Shown: piece by piece, positions 1-9,177 of the stretch
How positions within the stretch are numbered: the first letter of the stretch is position 1
How the letters are laid out: each line of letters begins with the position of its first letter
NCBI RefSeq assembly: GCF_008824185.1
Contig: NZ_CP044425.1
Span: 387,396 to 411,395, forward strand
Reading direction: 5' to 3'
Length of the DNA: 24,000 bases
DNA from: Paracoccus pantotrophus
GTDB lineage: Bacteria; Pseudomonadota; Alphaproteobacteria; Rhodobacterales; Rhodobacteraceae
Notes under the pieces: model-generated
Told to the model about the DNA's origin: nothing
Database searches by the model: none
The model's input: the letters and a program-made list of their open reading frames with translations, nothing else
Program-made: the position numbers and the translations under genes

Positions 1-339
1 GCCGGGCTCGGGCTTGCGGCGGCAAGCTGGATCGTCCTGCGCCTGGTCGGCACCGTGCTGCTGGTGCCCCTGATCGAGGAGGCGGCCTTCCGGGGCTACC
101 TGCTGGGCCACCTGCTGAAACTGCCCGGCCCGGCCGGCCAGGCAGGGGCCGTTCTGGTTTCCTCGGCCGCCTTCGCGCTGCTCCATGACAGCGGCGCGGC
201 GGCCTTCGTCGCCGGGCTGGCCTTTGCCGCGGTCTACAAGCGCCGCGGCAGGTTGACCGACGCGGTATGGGCGCATGCGGCGGCGAACCTCGTGGTCTTC
301 GCCGCCGCGGCGGCCAGCGGCAACTGGGCATTGATCTGA
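1..339 (+). CDS. CPBP family intramembrane glutamic endopeptidase (CAAX protease-like), C-terminal part; the 5' end lies outside the window
   Basis: The reading frame is open from base 1. The three CPBP motifs are visible: EEAAFRGYL (EExxxR), FALLHDS (FxxxH) and HAAANLVVF (HxxxN). The sequence is hydrophobic and membrane-like, and the third codon position is GC-rich. Confidence 0.8.
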   Translation, partial: AGLGLAAASWIVLRLVGTVLLVPLIEEAAFRGYLLGHLLKLPGPAGQAGAVLVSSAAFALLHDSGAAAFVAGLAFAAVYKRRGRLTDAVWAHAAANLVVFAAAAASGNWALI

Positions 340-361
340 ACACGGGCGCGACGACGGAAAA

Positions 362-389
362 GCGACGCCCCAAGGGATCGGGGCGTCGC
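362..389 (-). terminator. Rho-independent-type hairpin between convergent genes
   Basis: Perfect 10-bp GC-rich stem GCGACGCCCC (362-371) / GGGGCGTCGC (380-389) with an 8-nt loop. Read on the minus strand it is followed by TTTTCC, so it would terminate the isocitrate lyase remnant transcript. It could also stop the plus-strand CPBP gene. Confidence 0.55.
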
Positions 390-452
390 GGGCAGGCCGG
401 GGGGTGTTGAGCGAACCCACCGAAGGCGGGCGACCCGCAGCCCGATCCCGGC

Positions 453-1160
453 CTATCCTGCGGCGAACTGGTTCATGGGATTGGCATGCCCGCCCGCCTT
501 CAGCGCGCGTTCGCCCGCCACCATCTCCTTGAACGTGTCGCCCAGGTCCGAGCCGACCTCGTGCTGGTGCCTGACCGCCGAGATGCCGCGGCGGATCTCC
601 TCGCGCTGCACGGTCTGCACATAGGCCAACATCTTTTCCGCGCCGAAATTGCCGCGGCTGAGTTCGTCCACCGGCTTGGCGGTCAGGTGGAAGGTCGCAG
701 CATGGTCAGGTTGCGGAACACGCCCGCGCGGGCCGATATGTCGGCCTGGAAGCGTTGCAGCCGGGCGTCGGCCTCGCGGCCCAGGCCGGTATCGTCGAAA
801 TCGGGCTTCATCAGCGCACTCCCGTCACGATGGTCGGCCTTGCCGATCCGGCCCTCGGCCAGCCATTGCGCCCGCAGCTGCTTGCGCAGGCTCAGCGTCC
901 AGTTGAAGCCGGGCGCGTTGTTATGGGTCAGCTTGGCATCGGGCACCGCCTTGCGGATCTCGGCCACCATGCCGGCGATCTTGTCCACGTTGGGCGTATC
1001 GGTCTCGATCCACAACAGGTCGGCGCCGCCCAAGGTCAGCGAGGCGATGCAATCCTCGATCACGCGCCGGCGCCCCGTGCCCTCGCGGATCGGGTTTGCG
1101 TCCATGATCGGCTCCACCTTCAGCCATTTGATGTATTGCCGAAAAGGTCTTTCTGCTCAT
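453..1160 (-). pseudogene. aceA: Isocitrate lyase remnant, with an internal deletion and frameshifts
   Basis: Three fragments lie in three frames. First, an ATG at 1160 with the RBS AAGGAAG gives MSRKTF. Second, [79 protein letters not shown]...RFQADISARAGVFRNLT runs down to about 683. Third, HLTAKPVDELSRGNFGAEKMLAYVQTVQREEIRRGISAVRHQHEVGSD...NQFAAG ends at 453. These match the C-terminal half of long-type isocitrate lyases. The catalytic KKCGH region is absent, and only about 235 of more than 430 expected residues remain. Confidence 0.75.
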
Positions 1161-1283
1161 GATGCTTCCTTTCCGCATGATCGGTCCGGGAATCGGCAGG
1201 CGCGGCCGGCGGCAAGGCGGGGCATCCGGGGCAAGCGGCCCGCCAAAGGGAGCAAGCGTGCGGATGATGTCCATCGGGGCCCC

Positions 1284-1815
1284 TCAGTCCAGCGCGTTCA
1301 GCACGGCATAGGCCGGCAGGGTGATAAAATCGGGCAAGGTCTCGGCCGTCGCCGCCTCTCGCAGGATGCGCGCGGCCGCGGCGTAATGGCCGCGATGGAG
1401 CCCGTTCGGGCCCAGCCGGTCGAGGATGCCGACGATCTCGGCTTGCATCAGATCGCCCTGCCATGCGGCGCTCTCCAGCGCGACCGCGGCGCAGCCATTG
1501 CCACAGCTGGGCACGGCTGATCTCGGCGGTGGCGGCATCCTCCATCATGTTTCGGATCGGCACCGCACCGCGGCCCGACAGCCATTGCGCCAGGTATTCG
1601 ACGCAGACCTGGATGTTCAGCCGCACGCCCGCCTCGGTGATCCGGCCCTGATGCGGGTTCAGCAGCATCGCGGGCTCGATATGGCTGAAGACATGGTCCC
1701 AGCAGCCCGATGATCTCGACCCGGCGATCCTCCAGCGCCGGCGGAACGAAGGCGGCCTGCCAGATGCCCTGCCGGATCTCGCGCGTTTGCGGCAGATAGT
1801 CGGGCAGATCGCGCC
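1284..1815 (-). pseudogene. aceB: Malate synthase A remnant, with several internal deletions and frameshifts
   Basis: Collinear minus-strand pieces match separated parts of AceB. They are [35 protein letters not shown] (N-terminal region), WDHVFSHIE (GRWDYIFSYIK region), [58 protein letters not shown], and, after a frameshift near 1500, [17 protein letters not shown] at the C-terminus. The sequence that should lie between the pieces is missing. Confidence 0.7.
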
Positions 1816-1829
1816 CGGTCGATGCGGTC

Positions 1830-2256
1830 CGGAACTGGCTCTATGCCCGGCGCAATTACGTCGATAGGCTGGACCGCGCGGCCGAGAAACTGGCCGAGGC
1901 GCTGGCGCGGCACCGCAACGAGCCACATATGGCGCTGACCGGCCGGCTGGCCGCGCATGGCATCGCGGTGCGCATCCTGCCCGCCCCGGTCAGGGGCGAG
2001 CTGATGCTGTCCGAACTGCTGGGGCAGTCCAGCCGCCGGTTCCAGATCGGCGCGCTACGACGTGGAACTGCTGGGCCACCGCTTCGGTGCCAGTTTCGAG
2101 CAGACCGCGCATCGTATGTCCACGCTGCAACGCCCCGAGGCGCGCGGCGTCCCGTTCTTCTTCGTGCGGCTGGACCGGGCCGGGGGCAGCCGTGGCGCGG
2201 CAGCGGCAAGCCGGCCGGCCATGCTGCCGCTTGCCAGCGCCCGCGCCAGAAGCTAG
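1830..2256 (+). pseudogene. RamB/ScfR-like XRE-family regulator (DUF955/DUF2083 type) remnant
   Basis: Two fragments lie in different frames: [25 protein letters not shown]...RRFQIGA and [45 protein letters not shown]. The second is the conserved core of regulators that control isocitrate lyase and acyl-CoA metabolism. The N-terminal HTH domain and the C-terminal Cys-rich part are missing. Confidence 0.6.
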
Positions 2257-2264
2257 GGAAGGCG

Positions 2265-2440
2265 CGTCGGTTTCCGCAAGGAATTGAAAGGGAATCCGCC
2301 GGGGCGCCCGCAGGCGTCCCGAACCGGAACTGCCCCCGCAACTGTAGGCGGCGAGCAGGATGCGAGAATGCCACTGTGGCCCCGCGCCATGGGAAGGCCG
2401 CATCCCTGCCGTGACCCGCCAGTCAGGAGACCTGCCGACG
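2265..2440 (+). promoter_or_regulatory. Cobalamin (B12) riboswitch aptamer
   Basis: Hallmark conserved blocks occur in the right order: GAAAGGGAATCC, GAACTGCCCCCGCAACTGTAGGCGG, GCCACTG...GGGAAGGC and the B12 box AGTCAGGAGACCTGCC. The closing P1 helix is CGTCGG (2265-2270) / CCGACG (2435-2440). It lies directly upstream of a BtuFCD-type transporter operon. Confidence 0.85.
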
Positions 2441-2496
2441 ACGTTTGACCAATCCGAGCGGGTCGGCTCGGGAGGGGTTGCGACCGGCATTCGCCC

Positions 2497-2541
2497 GGTC
2501 TCCATCCGCTCATCCGGCCTGTTCATGATGTAGCGGAAGGA
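2497..2541 (+). promoter_or_regulatory. Riboswitch expression platform (Shine-Dalgarno sequestering helix and anti-sequestor)
   Basis: TCCATCCGCT (2501-2510) pairs at 9 of 10 positions with AGCGGAAGGA (2532-2541), which contains the GGAAGGA SD for the ATG at 2548. The overlapping segment GGTCTCC (2497-2503) is the exact complement of GGAGACC (2426-2432) in the B12 box. Confidence 0.45.
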
Positions 2542-2547
2542 AACATC

Positions 2548-3558
2548 ATGCCAAGGCTCACCACGGCGATGATCGCCACGTTCACCCTGGCGCCGATGGC
2601 GGCGTTCGGGGCCACCGAATACCCGCTGACGCTGACCAGCTGCGGCCACGAAGTCACTTTCGACAAGGCGCCCGAAAGCGTCGTCAGCGTCGGGCAAAGC
2701 ACGACCGAGATCCTCTACATGCTGGGGCTGGCCGACAAGGTGGCGGGCACGGCGCTGTGGATCAACCCCGTCCTGCCCGAATTTGCCGAGGCGGATGCCG
2801 GGGTCGAGCGGCTGGCCGACAACGCCCCCAGCTTCGAAAGCGTGCTGGCCAAGAAGCCTGGGCTGGTGGTCACGGCCTATGAATGGATGATCGGCCCGCA
2901 GGGCGTGGTCGGCACACGCGAGATGTTCGACGACGCGCAGATCCCCAGCTGGATCATGCCCACCGAATGCGTCGGCAAGGACAATACGCAAAGCATGGAC
3001 GGCGCGCGCTCGGTCCTGTTCGACACCGCGCTGCTCTACCAGGGCATCGAGGAACTGGCGGCGATCTTCGACGTGCAGGATCGCGGGGCCGCGGTGATCG
3101 CCGACCTGAAGGCGCGCGAGGCGGCGGCGGTCGAGCGGGCGCAGGCGCTGGACCTGCCCGAAACGGTGTCGGGCCTGTTCTGGTATTCCTCGGCCGAGAT
3201 CGAGATCGACCCCTATGTCGCGGGTGCCAATGGCGTGCCGGGCTGGATGATGTCCAAGCTGGGGGTCAGGAACGTCGTCGCCTCGGCCGAGGAATGGCCG
3301 ACCGTGGGCTGGGAAACCATCAGCAAGGCCAATCCCAGCTTCATCGTCGCCGCCGAGATGAACCGGCGCCGCTTTCCGGCCGACGACATCGCCGTCAAGC
3401 GGGATTTCCTGACCTCGGACCCGGTGACGAGCGAGATGGGGGCGGTAAAGAACGACCGCATCCTGACCATGCCGGCCAATGCGATGGACCCCTCGGTGCG
3501 CGCGATCTATGCGCTGGAATCGCTGGCTGACTCGCTGGCCGGGTTCGACCTGAAATGA
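2548..3558 (+). CDS. Periplasmic substrate-binding protein of a BtuF/FhuD-class (helical-backbone) ABC importer; probable corrinoid binding protein
   Basis: 336 aa with an N-terminal signal peptide (MPRLTTAMIATFTLAPMAAFGA). The SD GGAAGGA sits 7 nt upstream. It is the first gene behind the B12 riboswitch, and its stop overlaps the next gene's start (ATGA at 3555-3558). Confidence 0.85.
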   Translation: MPRLTTAMIATFTLAPMAAFGATEYPLTLTSCGHEVTFDKAPESVVSVGQSTTEILYMLGLADKVAGTALWINPVLPEFAEADAGVERLADNAPSFESVLAKKPGLVVTAYEWMIGPQGVVGTREMFDDAQIPSWIMPTECVGKDNTQSMDGARSVLFDTALLYQGIEELAAIFDVQDRGAAVIADLKAREAAAVERAQALDLPETVSGLFWYSSAEIEIDPYVAGANGVPGWMMSKLGVRNVVASAEEWPTVGWETISKANPSFIVAAEMNRRRFPADDIAVKRDFLTSDPVTSEMGAVKNDRILTMPANAMDPSVRAIYALESLADSLAGFDLK

Positions 3559-4604
3559 GGGCGCGCGCCGCGACCCGCAGCACGGGGCGCAATCGGGGCT
3601 GGCTGTGGCTGGCCCCCGCCGTGCTGGTCGCGGCGCTGCTCTTCGGAACGGCGGTGGGCGAGACGCGCATTCCGCTGGCCACCGTCATCGAGGTGCTGGC
3701 GGTCAAGGCCGGGCTTGGCTCGGCCGCGCTCGATCCGATCGATGCCAGCGTGATCTGGCATTACCGGCTGTCGCGGGCGGTGGTCGCGGCCTGCGGCGGC
3801 GCAAGCCTGGCGCTGTCGGGGCTGATCCTGCAGGCGCTGCTGCGCAACCCGCTGGCCGAGCCCTATCTGCTGGGGATTTCGGCCGGGGCCTCGACCGGGG
3901 CGGTCACGGTCGCGGTGGCGGGGATCGGCGCGGGGCTGCTCAGCATGTCGGCGGGCGCCTTTGCCGGGGCGCTGACCGCCTTCGCGCTGGTGGCGGCGCT
4001 GGCGCGCGCCGCCGGCGGCGGGACCGGGATGCGCGGCGCCGGGGTCATCATCCTGGCGGGCATCGCCGGCTCGCAGATGTTCAACGCGCTGACCGCGCTG
4101 ATCATCGCGCAATCGGCCAGCGCCGAGCAGGCGCGCGGCATCATGTTCTGGCTGCTGGGCAACCTGTCCGGCGTGCGCTGGCCCGACAGCTGGGTCGCGG
4201 TCCCGATGGCGGCGCTGGCGCTGGGGGTGGCGCTGTGGCATGCGCGCGCGCTCGACGCCTTTGCCTTCGGCGCGGAAAGCGCCGCGTCGCTGGGCATCGA
4301 CCTGCGGCGCACGCAGGTGCTGCTGATCGGAACGGCCTCGCTGGCGACGGCGATCATGGTCTCGATCGCCGGGGCCATCGGCTTCGTCGGGCTGGTGGTG
4401 CCGCATGCGATGCGCATCCTCGTCGGGCCGCGCCATGCCAGGCTGGTCCCGGCGACGGCGCTGGCGGGGGCGGTGTTCCTGGTGCTGTCCGACGTCGTCT
4501 CGCGCATCGTCATTCCCGGCCAGGTGCTGCCCATCGGCGTCATCACCGCGCTGGTCGGCGCGCCCGCCTTTGCCGTGGTCATGATCCGGGGAAGGCAACG
4601 ATGA
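3555..4604 (+). CDS. FecCD/BtuC-family ABC transporter permease
   Basis: 349 aa, very hydrophobic and rich in glycine and alanine. The content is typical of the family (LLLGISAGASTGAV, GAIGFVGLVVPHAMRILVGPRH, LPIGVITALVGAPAFAVVMI). It overlaps both neighbouring genes by 4 nt. Confidence 0.9.
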   Translation: MRARAATRSTGRNRGWLWLAPAVLVAALLFGTAVGETRIPLATVIEVLAVKAGLGSAALDPIDASVIWHYRLSRAVVAACGGASLALSGLILQALLRNPLAEPYLLGISAGASTGAVTVAVAGIGAGLLSMSAGAFAGALTAFALVAALARAAGGGTGMRGAGVIILAGIAGSQMFNALTALIIAQSASAEQARGIMFWLLGNLSGVRWPDSWVAVPMAALALGVALWHARALDAFAFGAESAASLGIDLRRTQVLLIGTASLATAIMVSIAGAIGFVGLVVPHAMRILVGPRHARLVPATALAGAVFLVLSDVVSRIVIPGQVLPIGVITALVGAPAFAVVMIRGRQR

Positions 4605-5371
4605 CGCCCATCCTGGAAGCCGTCGGCGCCAGCCATGCCGTGCGCGGCCGCGAGATCCTGTCCGACATCAGCCTGCGCCTGCATCCGGGCGAGACCCTGG
4701 GCCTGATCGGGCCGAACGGATCGGGCAAGTCGACGCTGATGGGGATGATGGCGGGCCTGCTGCGCCCCAGCCGCGGAGAGATCCGGCTGGAAGGCCGTCC
4801 CATGGCCCGGCTGGGCCGGCGGCAGATCGCGCGGCGGCTGGCGCTGGTCGCGCAATCGGCCGAGACGGCCGAACGGATCACCGTGCGCGATGCGGTGGAG
4901 TTGGGCCGCACGCCCTGGCTTGGCGCGCTGCGGCCATGGGGTGCCCAGGACGACGACGCCGTCGCGGCGGCCCTTGATGCCGTGGACATGGCGCATATGG
5001 CGGGGCGCGACTGGGCCTCGCTGTCGGGGGGCGAGCGCCAGCGCGTCCATATCGCGCGCGCCCATGCGCAGGCCCCGCGCGTCCTGCTGTTGGACGAGCC
5101 GACGAACCATCTCGACATCCATCACCAGATCGCCATCCTCGACCTGGTCGCGCAGCTTTCCGTCACCACCGTCATCGCGCTGCACGACCTGCATCACGCG
5201 CTGCGCTGCGACCGGATCATGGTGCTGCGCGCGGGCCGCTGCGTGGCGCTTGGCCCGCCGATGGAAATCCTGACCCCGGCGCTGATCCGCGAGATCTTTG
5301 CCGTCGAGGCCGAGATCATCCCCCATCCTGGCGGGGGCCGGCCGGTCTTTGCCTTCCAACGCCTTGCCTGA
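4601..5371 (+). CDS. ABC transporter ATP-binding protein (BtuD/FecE-like)
   Basis: Walker A GPNGSGKST, signature LSGGERQR, Walker B LLLDEPTNHLD and the H-loop ALHDL are all present. The ATG at 4601 overlaps the permease stop (ATGA). Confidence 0.9.
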   Translation: MTPILEAVGASHAVRGREILSDISLRLHPGETLGLIGPNGSGKSTLMGMMAGLLRPSRGEIRLEGRPMARLGRRQIARRLALVAQSAETAERITVRDAVELGRTPWLGALRPWGAQDDDAVAAALDAVDMAHMAGRDWASLSGGERQRVHIARAHAQAPRVLLLDEPTNHLDIHHQIAILDLVAQLSVTTVIALHDLHHALRCDRIMVLRAGRCVALGPPMEILTPALIREIFAVEAEIIPHPGGGRPVFAFQRLA

Positions 5372-5382
5372 AGGGACATCCC

Positions 5383-5811
5383 ATGCTGCTTCGCGCCGCG
5401 CTTCTTGCCTGCCTGCTGCCCGCCGCCGCCCTGGCCGAGACGCATGAGGTCAGGATGCTCAACCGCAATGCCACCGGCCCGATGCCCTTCGAGCCGGACT
5501 ACCTGGTGGTCCAGCCCGGCGACACGGTCCGGTTCATCGCCGCCGATCCCGGCCACAATGCCGCCACCATCGCCGGGATGATCCCCGAGGGCGGCGAGAA
5601 ATTCGTCGGCAAGATCGACGAGGAAATCGAAGTCACGCTGGACGCCGAGGGCATCTGGGGCGTCAAATGCTCGCCGCATTTCACCATGGGCATGGTGATG
5701 CTGATCCAGGTCGGCGACAGGCCCGCGACCGAGGCCGACCTGCCCGACGACCTGCCCCCCGCCGCGCGCCAGAGGATGCTGGAAATCCTTGAACGCCGAA
5801 AAGCGGACTGA
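5383..5811 (+). CDS. Pseudoazurin (type 1 blue copper protein)
   Basis: Signal peptide MLLRAALLACLLPAAALA, then ETHEVRMLN. The Cu-ligand pattern is GHN ... KCSPHFTMGM (His, Cys, His, Met), with the typical C-terminal helical extension. It closely resembles the Paracoccus pseudoazurin as I remember it. It starts 12 nt after the ATPase stop, with GAAGGGA as the SD. Confidence 0.9.
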   Translation: MLLRAALLACLLPAAALAETHEVRMLNRNATGPMPFEPDYLVVQPGDTVRFIAADPGHNAATIAGMIPEGGEKFVGKIDEEIEVTLDAEGIWGVKCSPHFTMGMVMLIQVGDRPATEADLPDDLPPAARQRMLEILERRKAD

Positions 5812-6176
5812 GCCGGGGCCGCGTCGCATTGCAGCACAGGAGGGCGGCGCGGGCCTGCCCCCTCCCGCGGACTGCGCATCGGCGCGGGACTGGGAAAACC
5901 GATCTGCCTGGGCACCCGGCGCGGCGGGAATGGGGGGCGAAACAGGGCACGGGAAGCGCGCGCTGCGGGCAGGCGGGACGCTCGCGGGCTTTGCAGCCGG
6001 GGGCGATCCTCGTCGCAGGCGCGGGGTTCTTCAGGGCCAGCCCGCACGCATCGACCAGCCGGCCGGCCGGCAGTCCAAGATGCGGGCCGGGGCCACACTT
6101 TACGACATGAGCGGACTCGGCGCATTCAAGGCGCTGGACGCCCCGATCCGGCGCAGCCTGCTGCCCGCGCAAGGCT

Positions 6177-6208
6177 GATCATCGGGCGAGACGGTTCCGC
6201 CGATGATC
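6177..6208. repeat. 9-bp perfect inverted repeat, a possible weak terminator downstream of paaZ
   Basis: GATCATCGG (6177-6185) and CCGATGATC (6200-6208) are separated by a 14-nt loop, about 57 nt beyond the paaZ stop. Neither strand has a U-tract, so the function is uncertain. Confidence 0.3.
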
Positions 6209-6264
6209 AGCGGGGCGCAAGCGCCCACCGTCCCGCCGGTCCGTTCGCGCATCAGGCGACGGCC

Positions 6265-8325
<2,061 letters not shown>

Positions 8326-8402
8326 GGGCGTTTCCTCGGTCAATCTTCGTTTTGGTCAGGCGGCAAGGCCGCGCCTGTCGGGGCACGGCCGCAAGCACCG
8401 AT

Positions 8403-9156
8403 TCAGAGGCCAAGCGCGGCCAGATGTTCCGACACCAGCGCCTCCCAGCGGGCCAGCAGCGCCTCGTTCGGACTGTGGCGCAGGCCGAAGCGCGCCAGCG
8501 TGTCATAGCGCGCCGAATGGGCCACGCCGAAGCCGGCCGCGACGCGCGGCTGCCAATAGGCGACGGCAGCGCGGGCTTCCTCGCGCCCGGTCTCGGTCTG
8601 GGCGATCTGCTCCAGCCCCTCAAGACCCAGCTCGGCATGGCGCGCCTCGCGCGGGGCGATCTCGCGGAACACCTCGGCCAGCGGACCGTAGGAGACGCGG
8701 GTCAGTTCGGTCATCTGCACCCCGGTCGCCAGCCCTTGCAGCACGTTCATCACCACCGCATCGGTCCAGCCGGCGATGGGATAATGGAACACCGACAGCC
8801 GCATGTCGCCCGGCCGGCGCGCGGTGCCCAGATCGGCATCGCGCTCGACCCGCGCCGCCCAGTCATGGCTGGTCTGATAGCGCGCGGCATCGGTGCCGAA
8901 CTCGGCCATCACCCGCAGCACGCGCTCGGCATGGTCGGCCTTTTCCAGCGTGATGCGGCTGGCGGCGATGCGCTCCTTGATGCCGGGGGCCAGGTTGATC
9001 GCATCGGCAAAGCCGGCCGAGGCGGCCAGCTCGCTGTCGACAAAGGACGACATCAGCCGCAAAAGCTCGCCGCGATAGCGGGCGGGCGCGTTGCCGGGCG
9101 CGGTCAGCACCCCGCCCTGCGCCAGGTAGTCCTCGATATTCATGGTATCGGACATG
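8403..9156 (-). CDS. PaaA/PaaC-family (phenylacetic acid catabolic, ferritin-like) protein; an extra paralogue with a partly substituted di-iron ligand set
   Basis: 251 aa from MSDTMNIEDYL (ATG at 9156, SD AGGAGG). It aligns collinearly with the PaaA encoded in this window: DSELAAS / HSEIVGQ, AP...LEKADH / AP...QDEAGH, HYPIAGWTD...RVSYGPLAEVFREIAPREARH / NYPTLTWAD...[21 protein letters not shown]. Confidence 0.8.
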
Positions 9157-9177
9157 GGTTCCCCTCCTGCGCCCGGA

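Noticed and set aside
453-2256. Explaining the broken aceA, aceB and regulator genes as sequencing or assembly errors
   Set aside because: Single-base errors could account for the frameshifts. They cannot account for the absence of hundreds of codons between retained conserved blocks in all three genes.
3507-5359. Long minus-strand ORFs (363 aa and 498 aa) opposite the btuC/btuD-like genes, and similar ones at 18547-20226 and 21733-23631
   Set aside because: Their composition is extremely Arg/Asp/Gly/Gln/Pro-biased and they are antisense to canonical ABC transporter genes. They are not credible proteins.
3605-5371. 588-aa plus-strand ORF suggesting a large fused ATPase
   Set aside because: Only the last 256 codons (from the ATG at 4601) are ABC-ATPase sequence. 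The N-terminal roughly 330 codons are an out-of-frame read-through of the permease gene. The ATGA overlap at 4601-4604 gives the normal coupled start.
5789-6178. 129-aa ORF downstream of pseudoazurin as a real gene
   Set aside because: It overlaps the pseudoazurin 3' end. It has no convincing RBS, a Gly/Arg/Ala-rich N-terminal two thirds and no recognisable family. Only its last roughly 40 codons look coding-like, so at most it is a remnant.
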